Virus genome (UHGV): UHGV-0114034
Length of the DNA stretch: 31,989 nucleotides
DNA from: a virus
Strand: one strand, 5' to 3'
Made by a program: the position numbers and the translations under genes
Notes under the pieces: model-generated
What the model was told of the DNA's origin: nothing
What the model saw: the letters and a program-made list of their open reading frames with translations, nothing else
The model's database searches: none
Shown: positions 8,056-16,607 of the stretch, in pieces
Layout: each line of letters begins with the position of its first letter
How positions within the stretch are numbered: position 1 is the stretch's first letter

Positions 8056-8429
8056 TTTCATCTCCTAAATCTCTTTTCTCTTACCTAAAGAAACAGCAGG
8101 CTGGGTCAGCCCTAACAACTTCAAGTGCATCGGTCAGAGAAAGCTCCGTGCTATACAGGTGTTATTTCATATCTTTTTGCATCCAATAAATTTTCCATCT
8201 GTCCAGAGAGCTGATGCACTTGATTCTTGTTGATGGCAGGACGTTTTTTCACCTGCCTCACCCTGCCATACAGGACGCTGCTCACCGATATCTATTGTCC
8301 GGTCATTGATGTTATAGACAATATCCAGATCATTACGGATATACTCAGATGGCCTTATGCTTTCAATGAATAGATGAACTTCTTTTTGACCGCGTGATAC
8401 TCATGGCCATTAAACTCCATCTATCCTCT

Positions 8430-9077
8430 TCACCCAAACGTCTCTTCAGGCCACTGCGCCTTAACTACCTTGCCTATGATGCGGCAGCTATGGTCGCAAT
8501 CCAGGGTTCTATATGCCGGGTTTAAAGGTACCAGGTAACTAACCCCTGCATCCTTCTCATACTTCTTGAACGTTGCCTCTGAATCACCATTTGCAGAAGC
8601 CACGCAGAAATCCCCAGACTCTACCGGCTCAGCCGGATCAACGAGTATCAGCATGCCTTCCGGAAAACTTGGACGAACCCCCTGAGGCGCCGTCATTGAA
8701 TGCCCCTTCACCTCAAGCCAGAAAGCTTTTTCGCTGGCTTTTGTGGTCGTTGGGACCCATGCCTTTGCATCGCTGGCTGTGTAGCTTCCCACCTCCGAAA
8801 ATGGCCCAGCCTGCACTGAAGAAAATAACGGGTATTCATATTGGCGAAATACGGCGTCTGAATCCTCGCCAAACATTATTTTTGCCGGAGATACGCCGAG
8901 TGCCGCCCCAAGAACCAGCGCGTCATCCGCGCTAACCTTTCTTGTTCCTAACTCGTAGTTCCCCAGGCGTGAAGGCGCAGCCCAGCCGCAAAGCTTGGCC
9001 AATTGAGCCTGGCTAAGTCCTTTAGCTTCTCTAAGGGACTTGATCCTTTCCCCGATAATTTCATGCATCGTTTTCAT
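8430..9077 (-). CDS. cI: CI-type prophage repressor (HTH plus S24 LexA-like peptidase domain)
   Basis: N-terminal HTH ([22 protein letters not shown]) and C-terminal S24 autocleavage domain (KGHSM); divergent from cro across operators. Start may be the second ATG at 9068 (AAGGGA 8 nt upstream). Confidence 0.85.
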   Translation of the reverse strand: MKTMHEIIGERIKSLREAKGLSQAQLAKLCGWAAPSRLGNYELGTRKVSADDALVLGAALGVSPAKIMFGEDSDAVFRQYEYPLFSSVQAGPFSEVGSYTASDAKAWVPTTTKASEKAFWLEVKGHSMTAPQGVRPSFPEGMLILVDPAEPVESGDFCVASANGDSEATFKKYEKDAGVSYLVPLNPAYRTLDCDHSCRIIGKVVKAQWPEETFG

Positions 9078-9083
9078 CCCTTA

Positions 9084-9170
9084 AATGTAACACGCAACGT
9101 GATTGAACTCTGTACACGAATTGAGGTTGACTGTTAATCACAAATTGTGTGTAATGGGTGTGTGATTAAT
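9084..9170. promoter_or_regulatory. OR operators with divergent pR (rightward) and pRM (leftward)
   Basis: TCACAaatTGTGT palindrome (9137-9149) plus TGTGTGATTAA repeat; pR candidate TTGACT(9127-9132)-17-TGTAAT. Confidence 0.55.
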
Positions 9171-9185
9171 GCTAGGGAGACCGAA

Positions 9186-9404
9186 ATGAACAAAATTGCC
9201 CAGCAGCGAAAAAAAATCGGAGTTTCGCAAGCTGTACTAGCTTCGGCAATTGGTTGGGGGCAATCCCGCATCGCCAACTATGAGCTGAATATCCGTACTC
9301 CTGGCCTTAACGATTGCCGAATGATCGTAGAAGGCCTCAGGAAGTTAGGGTGCCAATGTTCTTTGGATGATGTTTTCCCTCCATCCAGTAACAAAGCCGC
9401 CTAA
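9186..9404 (+). CDS. cro: Cro-like repressor (HTH)
   Basis: 72 aa from MNKIAQQ (RBS GGGAGA); HTH GVSQAVLASAIGWGQSRIANYE; first gene of pR operon. Confidence 0.7.
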   Translation: MNKIAQQRKKIGVSQAVLASAIGWGQSRIANYELNIRTPGLNDCRMIVEGLRKLGCQCSLDDVFPPSSNKAA

Positions 9405-9412
9405 GCAGTACC

Positions 9413-9454
9413 CGCTCTTTAACAGTCATGGCCTTTCACCTCTAACCGGGTGAG
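9413..9454 (+). promoter_or_regulatory. nutR: boxA CGCTCTTTAACA and boxB hairpin TTCACCTCTAACCGGGTGA
   Basis: boxA near-identical to lambda consensus CGCTCTTACACA; boxB stem TCACC/GGTGA with CUAACC-containing loop, as recalled for phage 21. Confidence 0.7.
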
Positions 9455-9521
9455 CAAACATCAGCGGCAAATCCATTGGGTGTGCCTCTATAACTCAATA
9501 TCAATATAGGAAAATTAACAA

Positions 9522-9818
9522 ATGGCACAAGCAAGTTATAGCAAGCCAACACAGCGAGAAATTGATCGCGCTGAAACTGATTTACTCATCAACCTGTCAA
9601 CGCTTACCCAGCGCGGTCTGGCAAAGATGATTGGCTGTCATGAATCGAAGATAAGCAGAACGGACTGGAGATTTATTGCTTCGGTCTTGTGTGCTTTTGG
9701 AATGGCATCAGACATCAGTCCGATTAGCAGGGCTTTTAAGTATGCGCTTGATGAAATCACAAAGAAAAAATCCCCGGCCGCCACCGAGGATTTTAAGCAA
9801 ATTGATATGCAATTCTGA
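9522..9818 (+). CDS. cII: CII transcriptional activator
   Basis: 98 aa; C-terminus KKKSPAATEDFKQIDMQF parallels lambda CII KKRPAATERSEQIQMEF; position after cro/nutR. Confidence 0.75.
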   Translation: MAQASYSKPTQREIDRAETDLLINLSTLTQRGLAKMIGCHESKISRTDWRFIASVLCAFGMASDISPISRAFKYALDEITKKKSPAATEDFKQIDMQF

Positions 9819-9850
9819 GGTCATTACTGGATCAATCCACAGGAGTCATT

Positions 9851-10696
9851 ATGACAAATACAGCAAAAATACTCAACTTCGGCAGAGGTAACTTTGCCGA
9901 ACAGGAGCTAAGAGTGGCTGATATCGATGATGGTTACACCAGATTCGCTAACGAGCTGCTGGAAGCTATCGCAAGTGCCGATTTAACCGCTCGCCAGTTG
10001 AAAGTTATGCTGGCCTACGTCCGGAAAACATATGGCTTCAATAAGAAAACAGATCGAATAGCCGATGAGCAAATTGCTCAGTTAACAGGACTGTCAAGGC
10101 AGAATGTTAACAAGGCTAAAAAAGAACTGATTTCAATGAATTGCCTGTTTATGGATGGAAATCAAATCGGTGTAAACAGGGAGGTATCTGCGTGGCAATT
10201 CAGCAAGTGTCTCCAAGTTAGCAACTTTGTCTCGAAGTTAGAGACACTCAATGTCTCGAAGTTAGAGACACTCAATGTCTCGAAGTTAGAGACACACAAA
10301 AGACATTCTTTAAAGACAAAAGAAAATATTAATAAACCCCCTATATCCCCCAAAAAAGTTTCTCAGAAGTTCGACCCGCTAGAAACAGAGTTGCCTGATT
10401 GGTTATCAGCAGAAACATGGTTGTCGTGGGTTACCTATCGCAAGGAGATAGGTAAGTCGATCAAGTCTAAGCAAAGTGTCACTCAGGCTATCAACGTTCT
10501 AAGCAGAAGTCTGGAGAAGGGATATACACCTGAAGAAATTATAAACCAGAGCATCGCCAGTGGTTGGCAGGGGATTTTTGAGCCCAAGACTCCAAAGGGG
10601 AAATCTCAACCGAGGCCGCAGCATCGAGCTATGCAGGAAAACTTTGCCACCAAAGATTACGGACAAACTGAAATGCCTTCATGGGCGCAGGAGTGA
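9851..10696 (+). CDS. O: replication initiator O
   Basis: N-terminus MTNTAKILNFGRGNFAEQELRVADIDDGY closely matches lambda O; in-gene iterons encode repeated VSKLETLN peptide. Confidence 0.8.
   Translation: MTNTAKILNFGRGNFAEQELRVADIDDGYTRFANELLEAIASADLTARQLKVMLAYVRKTYGFNKKTDRIADEQIAQLTGLSRQNVNKAKKELISMNCLFMDGNQIGVNREVSAWQFSKCLQVSNFVSKLETLNVSKLETLNVSKLETHKRHSLKTKENINKPPISPKKVSQKFDPLETELPDWLSAETWLSWVTYRKEIGKSIKSKQSVTQAINVLSRSLEKGYTPEEIINQSIASGWQGIFEPKTPKGKSQPRPQHRAMQENFATKDYGQTEMPSWAQE
10207..10300 (+). repeat. ori iterons: about four ~24-bp direct repeats (GTCTCGAAGTTAGAGACACTCAAT) followed by AT-rich segment
   Basis: Two perfect and two degenerate tandem copies inside O, then AT-rich 10300-10360; lambda-type ori architecture. 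Confidence 0.7.
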
Positions 10697-10698
10697 AC

Positions 10699-11544
10699 AT
10701 GACGCTGGATGAAAAGATCTCCCAACTGGAGAAAAAACTTGCAGAATTGAGTTCTCCGCCAATTGCTATCGAGCATACATCTGTAGAAATTGGCACTGGC
10801 ATCTGTGAAAAACATGGTGAGTTTGAGCAGCGTAACCGTTACTCGACTGGGCCAATTAAGTTTGCCTCAAGACCTAGCGAATGCCCGGAATGCATGAGAG
10901 ATAAGCTTATTCGGCTACAGGCAGAGAAGATTAAAATCGACGAGGAATCACGTAAGCGCAATGTCGAGTTTCTGTTGAATAATCTTGATATTCCTGAACG
11001 ATTCAAGGGTTGCACACTACAGAACTACGAGCCAGTCAACGACGATGCAAAGAGAGTGCTCAGGGTGTGTCAGGCATACGCCAGCAAATGGCCTGAGAGG
11101 TTACAGAAAGGCGGTGGGCTGGTTATGTGTGGAAAGCCTGGTACTGGAAAGAATCATCTTGCACTGGCTATCGCCCGGCACGCAATTACGGAACATCAAA
11201 GCTCAGCTATTTTCACAACGGCGCTGAAAATTGCCAGAGAATATAAATCAACATGGTCGAAAAACTCCACCCGCACAGAGGATGAAGTGATCCGACAGTT
11301 CACTAAACCTGACCTGCTAATTATCGATGAGGTTGGTGTGCAGTTTGGAAGCGAGGCGGAAAAGATGATCATGTTCGAAATCATCAACACCCGCTACGAG
11401 TGCATGAAGCCAACAATCCTGATTAGCAACCAGAGCAAAGATGAACTGTCTGCATTCATTGGTGAGCGTGTTATTGACAGGATGAATGATGGCGGCGGGT
11501 GCACTCTTGCGTTTACATGGGATAGTTACAGGAGCAGATCGTGA
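10699..11544 (+). CDS. DnaC/IstB-family helicase loader (P-position replication protein)
   Basis: Walker A GKPGTGKNHLA and Walker B LLIIDEVG; start at MTLDEK; overlaps O stop. Confidence 0.8.
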   Translation: MTLDEKISQLEKKLAELSSPPIAIEHTSVEIGTGICEKHGEFEQRNRYSTGPIKFASRPSECPECMRDKLIRLQAEKIKIDEESRKRNVEFLLNNLDIPERFKGCTLQNYEPVNDDAKRVLRVCQAYASKWPERLQKGGGLVMCGKPGTGKNHLALAIARHAITEHQSSAIFTTALKIAREYKSTWSKNSTRTEDEVIRQFTKPDLLIIDEVGVQFGSEAEKMIMFEIINTRYECMKPTILISNQSKDELSAFIGERVIDRMNDGGGCTLAFTWDSYRSRS

Positions 11545-11831
11545 CTGGAAAAGAAATCATCCTGGAATATCTGAAAACTCATGAACAATTCTCCCCACAT
11601 GAATTAGCACTGATCACCGGAATACCAAATAACAGAATCGCTCAAGCAGCAAGGCATATGGTGAAACAAGGACATTTGAGTGTTGTTGAGCGTAAGTGGA
11701 AGACGGTTATTTATGCAAAGCGCAAAGTGAAGAAGGAGCCAATTAAAAGAAATCCAGATGGTACGGGGTGGGGATGTGCAAATCCAATGACGGCGTTTAT
11801 TAATAGGGCGCTTATGGAGGTAAGGCAATGA
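11541..11831 (+). CDS. ren: Ren-like protein
   Basis: N-terminus MTGKEIILEYLKTHEQF parallels lambda Ren MTGKEAIIHYLGTHNSF; position after P. Confidence 0.5.
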   Translation: MTGKEIILEYLKTHEQFSPHELALITGIPNNRIAQAARHMVKQGHLSVVERKWKTVIYAKRKVKKEPIKRNPDGTGWGCANPMTAFINRALMEVRQ

Positions 11832-11857
11832 CCATCTACATCACTGAGCTAATAACA

Positions 11858-11887
11858 GGGGCTATTTACACAGTAGCCCTTTTTTAT
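11858..11887 (+). terminator. rho-independent terminator after ren
   Basis: GGGCUA-n9-UAGCCC hairpin followed by UUUUUUAUU. Confidence 0.5.
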
Positions 11888-11912
11888 TGGATTAAGAACG
11901 AGGGGGATCCTG

Positions 11913-12125
11913 ATGGACACCGTTAACGGAATGTGTTCAGACGCACCGCGTGCCAAAAAATGTAAATGCGGAAAATCACCGACAATATTCGACATGGAGA
12001 GCGGGTGCCAAATCTACTGCGCTAACCACGCCGCTGTGGCGGCCGCGAATTATCGCAGTGCGGTAACGGAGTGGAATAACCTGAAATCTGTTAGAGAGGG
12101 AAGTCATGAAAAAACTGACCTTTGA
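11913..12125 (+). CDS. hypothetical Cys-rich protein (possible zinc ribbon)
   Basis: 70-aa ORF with RBS GAGGGGG; CKCGK...CQIYC cysteine pairs. Confidence 0.45.
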   Translation: MDTVNGMCSDAPRAKKCKCGKSPTIFDMESGCQIYCANHAAVAAANYRSAVTEWNNLKSVREGSHEKTDL

Positions 12126-12522
12126 AATTCGATCTCCAGCACATCAGCAAAACGCTATTCACGCAGTACAGCAAATCCTTCCAGACCCAACCAAACCAAT
12201 CGTAGTAACCATTCAGGAACGCAACCGCAGCATTCGGCAAAATGCACGCCTTCACGCGATGCTATCTGAAATAAGTAAGAAGGCTACATATCATGGAAAA
12301 GCAAGAAATATTGAGTTTTGGAAGGGGTTATTCGTTTCTGGTTGGCAGATTGCAACCAACCAGCACCCTGAGATTATATCAGGGTTAGAAGGTGAGCTAA
12401 TAAACATCAGAGAGAGTACGGCGACTCTATCTGTAAAAAAAATATCCGAAATAATGGACTACATAGAAGCATATTGTGCCATGAACTCAATTCATCTTAG
12501 CGAATGGAGGAATTATGATTGA
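12106..12522 (+). CDS. ninB: NinB (Orf-family recombination mediator)
   Basis: First ~40 aa (MKKLTFEIRSPAHQQNAIHAVQQILPDPTKPIVVTIQERNRS) match lambda NinB as recalled; C-terminal part divergent. Confidence 0.8.
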   Translation: MKKLTFEIRSPAHQQNAIHAVQQILPDPTKPIVVTIQERNRSIRQNARLHAMLSEISKKATYHGKARNIEFWKGLFVSGWQIATNQHPEIISGLEGELINIRESTATLSVKKISEIMDYIEAYCAMNSIHLSEWRNYD

Positions 12523-13117
12523 GGTTTGGGTAGATATCGAAGGAATTCCATTTTATCAGGTTAGCAATAAAGGGAATTTCAGGTCTATTACGAGGGAAAT
12601 TACAGTAACATCAACCAGACAGAGGCCATATAAGAAAATAATTAATGGCACTAGCGTAAAACCATTCAAGTGCAAGTCGACAGGATATCTTCAAATAAAG
12701 GTATACGGTAAGAAATACAGCGCACACAGGATAGTTGCGAAAGCATTCTGTACAGGGTTCTGTGATGGCTTGGTAGTTAATCACAAAAATGGGCAAAGAG
12801 ATGACAATAGGGCTGAAAACCTTGAATGGGTATCACATTCTGAAAACTCAAAGCACGGATATAAACAAAATGGAAGAATACCTATATCGCTAGGTAAATT
12901 TAGTGGTGATCATCCTGCCAGTAAAGCTGTTATTTCTACTGACATGAAAACTGGGGAGGAGGTTTATTATGAAGCAGCTATGGATGCTGTCAGAGAAGGA
13001 TTTGATAGTTCGTCAATTAGTCGTTGCTGTAATGGCGAAAGCTCATATCACAAAGGAAGATTCTGGCGATTTGCAAATGAAACAATGAAAGCGCGATGGG
13101 GAGACAGGGCGGCATGA
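12515..13117 (+). mobile_element. HNH homing endonuclease gene (NUMOD4 plus HNH_3-like) inserted at ninB 3' end
   Basis: 200-aa ORF: WVDIEGIPFYQVSNKGNFRS and VVNHKNGQRDDNRAENLEWVSHSEN motifs; last residues KARWGDRAA match the lambda NinB C-terminus. Confidence 0.7.
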
Positions 13118-13290
13118 GACGACAGCGACGAAGTTTCACCGACATCATCTGCGAAAACTGCAATTACCTTCCAACGAAACGCTCCAGAAATAAATCCAAG
13201 CCAATCCCAAAAGAATCTGACGTAAAAACCTTCAATTACACGGCTCACCTGTGGGATATCCGGTGGCTAAGACATCGTGCGAGGAAATGA
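13114..13290 (+). CDS. NinE-like (or NinD-like) small nin-region protein
   Basis: 58 aa [27 protein letters not shown]...; overlaps HNH stop (ATGA). NinE versus NinD assignment is by recall and uncertain. Confidence 0.55.
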   Translation: MRRQRRSFTDIICENCNYLPTKRSRNKSKPIPKESDVKTFNYTAHLWDIRWLRHRARK

Positions 13291-13292
13291 CA

Positions 13293-13646
13293 ATGGATTA
13301 TTCACAGTTAAGTGATTTTGAAATTAACAGAATGGTAGGAGACATAATTTTTAAAGGCCTTTGGGCATGTAAACCGGAAACATCAGGGAATAACACCAAC
13401 AAATGGTATTACGGAAATGCTGATACAACTTTTGAGCCATTAAACCCTTTGCCTGACTACTGCAATGATCCTAGCGCCTCATGGCCGATTATTGAGAAGT
13501 ACAGGATTAGCATCATCAATCTCGATGAAGACGAGTGGGGTGCACGTGGTGTGGCCGACTGTAAATCTAAGCGAGCTATACATGAAAATTCCCTCCGCGC
13601 CGCCATGATTGTCTTTCTCATGATGCAGGACGCCAATAATGCTTAG
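13293..13646 (+). CDS. NinX-like (DUF2591-like) protein
   Basis: 117 aa from MDYSQLSDFEINR; family call by recall only. Confidence 0.4.
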   Translation: MDYSQLSDFEINRMVGDIIFKGLWACKPETSGNNTNKWYYGNADTTFEPLNPLPDYCNDPSASWPIIEKYRISIINLDEDEWGARGVADCKSKRAIHENSLRAAMIVFLMMQDANNA

Positions 13647-13815
13647 CCCATCCCAATCCCTTCAATACCAGAAAGAAAGCGTCGAGCGGGCTTTAACGTG
13701 CGCTAACTGCGGTCAGAAGCTGCATGTGCTGGAAGTTCACGTGTGTGAGCACTGCTGCGCAGAACTGATGAGCGATCCGAATAGCTCAATGTACGAGGAA
13801 GAAGACGATGAGTGA
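13639..13815 (+). CDS. ninF: NinF
   Basis: 58 aa MLSPSQSLQYQKESVERALTCANCGQKLHVLEVHVCEHCCAELMSDPNSSMYEEEDDE, near-identical to lambda NinF as recalled. Confidence 0.7.
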   Translation: MLSPSQSLQYQKESVERALTCANCGQKLHVLEVHVCEHCCAELMSDPNSSMYEEEDDE

Positions 13816-14020
13816 TTACCTGAAATGGTATCTCTGCCACCGCTGGTTAATTAAGTTTGCTGTAAAAGACTGGATGACAGCGGATGCCAACAAGCTTAAG
13901 CAAAGAAAGGACTATTACTACGCCAGAATGAAGGAAAACTACTGCTCAATTCGCACTCGCATATTTATTAAAAAAGACCTTCAGTCAATTCTTCAATTGC
14001 GAGGGAAGGTAAATGGCTAA
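13808..14020 (+). CDS. hypothetical protein
   Basis: 70-aa ORF with overlapping start/stop coupling in the nin operon. Confidence 0.4.
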   Translation: MSDYLKWYLCHRWLIKFAVKDWMTADANKLKQRKDYYYARMKENYCSIRTRIFIKKDLQSILQLRGKVNG

Positions 14021-14303
14021 CCTACGCAAAGAAGCGCGCGGCAGAGAATGCCAGGTTCGTATTTACGGCATATGCAATGGCAATCCTGAAACTACAGTTC
14101 TGGCACATTACCGGATGGCTGGAATTTGCGGAACTGGAATGAAGCCTGACGACCTGATCGGTGCATGGGCTTGTAGTGACTGCCACGCGGAGATCGACCG
14201 ACGCACCCATAATCTCGACAACAAAGACGCCAGACTTTACCACCTCGAAGGCGTAATCAGGACGCAGGCGATACTGCTGAAGGAGGGGAAGATTAAGCCA
14301 TGA
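14013..14303 (+). CDS. YbcO-like (DUF1364) putative zinc-dependent nuclease
   Basis: 96 aa MANLRKEARGRECQVRIYGICNGNPETTVLAH...; sits directly upstream of rusA as in DLP12-type nin regions. Confidence 0.55.
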   Translation: MANLRKEARGRECQVRIYGICNGNPETTVLAHYRMAGICGTGMKPDDLIGAWACSDCHAEIDRRTHNLDNKDARLYHLEGVIRTQAILLKEGKIKP

Positions 14304-14662
14304 ACGAATATCAGTTTGTGCTTCCATACCCGCCGTCGGTGAACACCTACTGGCGAAGACGGGGAAGCCAATACTACATCAGCGATAAAGGCCAGAAATA
14401 CCGAAAAGACGTTCAGCAAATCATCCGCCAACTCAAGTTAGACATTTTCACCAAATCACGACTCCGCATCAAAGTCATCGCAGACGTTCCAGACTCCCGC
14501 CGCCGCGACCTCGATAACATCCTGAAAGGTTTACTCGATTCCCTTATCCACGCCGGATTTGCGGAAGACGACGAGCAATTCGATGACATTCGCGTAATTC
14601 GTGGTGTGAAAGTACCAGGCGGACGGCTTGGAATAAAAATCACCGAACTGGAGAACGCATGA
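14300..14662 (+). CDS. rusA: RusA Holliday-junction resolvase
   Basis: 120 aa; RRRDLDNILKGLLDSLIHAGF and GGRLGIKITE motifs parallel E. coli RusA. Confidence 0.85.
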   Translation: MNEYQFVLPYPPSVNTYWRRRGSQYYISDKGQKYRKDVQQIIRQLKLDIFTKSRLRIKVIADVPDSRRRDLDNILKGLLDSLIHAGFAEDDEQFDDIRVIRGVKVPGGRLGIKITELENA

Positions 14663-14847
14663 ACGCCACAATTCAAACGATACCAGAGCTTCTTATCCAG
14701 ACACGAGGCAATCAGACCGAAGTGGCGAGGATGCTTTCCTGCGCAAGAGGAACAGTGCTCAAGTACAACCGAGACAGCAAAGGCGATCGTCACGTAATAG
14801 TTAACGGCGTCCTGATGGTCAAACAGGGAAAGAGGGGAAGACGATGA
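14659..14847 (+). CDS. ninH: NinH-like protein
   Basis: 62 aa; GNQTEVARMLSCARGTVLKY matches lambda NinH core GNQTEVARRLKCSRGTVRKY. Confidence 0.6.
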   Translation: MNATIQTIPELLIQTRGNQTEVARMLSCARGTVLKYNRDSKGDRHVIVNGVLMVKQGKRGRR

Positions 14848-15362
14848 GCATAAGAGAACTAAACCTCACCAAAGAGCAGCACGAGTGGCTGAATGGCTGG
14901 CTTGAACTGTGGGGCGCATGGGTTTATTCAGGTCGTCTTGAAAAGCGCATGAGCAGCGTAATAGCGAAGTTCATGGAGAGCGTAGAGCCGGGAAGAGTTA
15001 TGACAAGGCCAATGTGCAATGATGATGATGGAATGTTGATTTCTCAGGTCGTCGATTCTGTCATGTGCATTGACAAGAAAGCCTTTGGCATCCTCCTCAG
15101 CTACTACGCTCATGGTTCATCTAAGCGAGCAATTGCATCCTACTATCACGCGACTGCAAAGCCACGCAAGATGTGTGGACGCGGTGGCGAGGGATGGAGA
15201 AAACCTTCACTGGCAACCTGTAGAAACGAAATTGACGATATCCTGAAAGCGTCATTATTTGTTTTGTACCAACCAATGCAAAATGCTTTCAAAATGCGTA
15301 AACGTGTTGAGAAAGTTAAGCATGTTGCTGTCAAAATCCTTGACATGCAATTAGCCATTTAG
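14844..15362 (+). CDS. Q: late antiterminator Q (phage 82/21 QuuD-like type)
   Basis: 172 aa; WGAW and RPMCNDDDGMLI motifs as in 82-type Q proteins; last nin-operon gene upstream of pR' and lysis genes. Confidence 0.65.
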   Translation: MSIRELNLTKEQHEWLNGWLELWGAWVYSGRLEKRMSSVIAKFMESVEPGRVMTRPMCNDDDGMLISQVVDSVMCIDKKAFGILLSYYAHGSSKRAIASYYHATAKPRKMCGRGGEGWRKPSLATCRNEIDDILKASLFVLYQPMQNAFKMRKRVEKVKHVAVKILDMQLAI

Positions 15363-15370
15363 CCATAATT
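15340..15370 (+). promoter_or_regulatory. pR'-like late promoter
   Basis: TTGACA (15340-15345), 18-bp spacer, CATAAT (15364-15369), overlapping the 3' end of Q. Confidence 0.5.
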
Positions 15371-15378
15371 AGAAGGTA

Positions 15379-15424
15379 AGCTGCCGTTAGTGACTCTTAA
15401 GTTGCAACGGTAGCTTTTTTTATT
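15379..15424 (+). terminator. tR'-like rho-independent terminator
   Basis: AAGCUGCCGUU ... AACGGUAGCUU hairpin followed by UUUUUUAUUU. Confidence 0.55.
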
Positions 15425-15425
15425 T

Positions 15426-15500
15426 GGGTCAGTCGTATAAAGGTCATTACGGAAGGCTGTTAACCTTCTTATCGTGGTTCGAGTCCACGCTGTCCCGCCA
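15426..15500 (+). tRNA. tRNA-Asn (anticodon GTT), one acceptor-stem mismatch
   Basis: Hand-folded 75-nt cloverleaf: perfect anticodon stem GAAGG/CCTTC, loop CTGTTAA, T-arm CGTGG-TTCGAGT-CCACG, discriminator G, encoded CCA. Confidence 0.6.
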
Positions 15501-15505
15501 AACAT

Positions 15506-15581
15506 GCTGGTTTAGCTCCAATGGTAGAGCGGTCGCCTTGTAAGCGAATGGGTAGCGGTTCAAGTCCGTTAACCAGCACCA
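15506..15581 (+). tRNA. tRNA-Thr (anticodon TGT)
   Basis: Hand-folded 76-nt cloverleaf: acceptor GCTGGTT/AACCAGC, D-arm GCTC-CAATGGTA-GAGC, anticodon loop CTTGTAA, discriminator A, encoded CCA. Confidence 0.6.
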
Positions 15582-15823
15582 TAACTGAGCCGTAGCCACT
15601 GGCTATCCTGAATTCATCAGTGATAGTTACGCTGCGGCCTTCTACGCATGACCTTCGTGAAAGCGGGTGGCATGAGGTTGCCCTAACAACCTCCTGCCGT
15701 TTTGCCCGTGCATATCGGTCACGAACAAATCTGATTACTAAACACAGTAGCCTGGATTTGTTCTATCAGTAACCGACCATATTCCTAATTAAATAGAGCA
15801 AATCCCCTTATTGGGGGTAAGAC

Positions 15824-16147
15824 ATGAAGATGCCAGAAAAAAATGACCTGTTAGCCGCCATTCTCGCGGCAAAGGAACAAGGCATCGGGGCAATCCTTGC
15901 GTTTGCAATGGCGTACCTTCGCGGCAGATATAATGGTGGTGCGTTTACAAAAACAGTAATCGACGCAACGATGTGCGCCATTATCGCCTGGTTCATTCGT
16001 GACCTTCTCGGCTTCGCCGGACTAAGTAGCAATCTCGCTTATATAACGAGCGTGTTCATCGGCTACATCGGTACTGACTCGATTGGTTCGCTTATCAAAC
16101 GCTTCGCTGCTAAAAAAGCCGGAGTAGAAGATGGTGGAAATCAATAA
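15824..16147 (+). CDS. S: class I holin S (dual-start MKM motif)
   Basis: 107 aa near-identical to lambda S as recalled. Confidence 0.9.
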   Translation: MKMPEKNDLLAAILAAKEQGIGAILAFAMAYLRGRYNGGAFTKTVIDATMCAIIAWFIRDLLGFAGLSSNLAYITSVFIGYIGTDSIGSLIKRFAAKKAGVEDGGNQ

Positions 16148-16607
16148 TCAACGTAAGGCGTTCCTCGATATGCTGGCATGGTCAGAGGGAACTGATAACG
16201 GACGTCAGAAAACCAGAAATCATGGTTATGACGTTATTGTGGGCGGAGAGCTATTCACTGATTACTCCGATCACCCTCGCAAACTTGTCACGCTAAACCC
16301 CAAACTCAAATCAACAGCAGCCGGACGTTACCAGCTTCTTTCCCGTTGGTGGGATGCCTACCGTAAGCAGCTTGGACTGAAAGACTTCTCTCCGAAAAGC
16401 CAGGACGCTGTGGCATTGCAGCAGATTAAAGAGCGTGGCGCTTTGCCGATGATTGATCGCGGTGATATTCGTCAGGCAATCGACCGTTGCAGCAATATCT
16501 GGGCTTCACTGCCGGGGGCTGGTTATGGTCAGTTCGAGCATAAGGCTGACAGCCTGATTGCAAAATTCAAAGAAGCTGGCGGAACGGTCAGAGAGATTGA
16601 GGTATGA
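16131..16607 (+). CDS. R: endolysin R (lytic transglycosylase)
   Basis: 158 aa near-identical to lambda R ([35 protein letters not shown]...). Confidence 0.9.
   Translation: MVEINNQRKAFLDMLAWSEGTDNGRQKTRNHGYDVIVGGELFTDYSDHPRKLVTLNPKLKSTAAGRYQLLSRWWDAYRKQLGLKDFSPKSQDAVALQQIKERGALPMIDRGDIRQAIDRCSNIWASLPGAGYGQFEHKADSLIAKFKEAGGTVREIEV

Noticed and set aside
8573-8935. 120-aa Pro-rich plus-strand ORF
   Set aside because: Antisense within cI; proline-rich low-complexity translation.
10207-10300. Tandem direct repeats considered as a CRISPR array
   Set aside because: Only about four repeats, no unique spacers, located inside the O gene followed by an AT-rich tract; these are ori iterons.
15582-15720. 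Possible third tRNA or tRNA fragment downstream of tRNA-Thr
   Set aside because: No cloverleaf could be folded by hand; only a short palindrome TAGCCA-c-TGGCTA is present.
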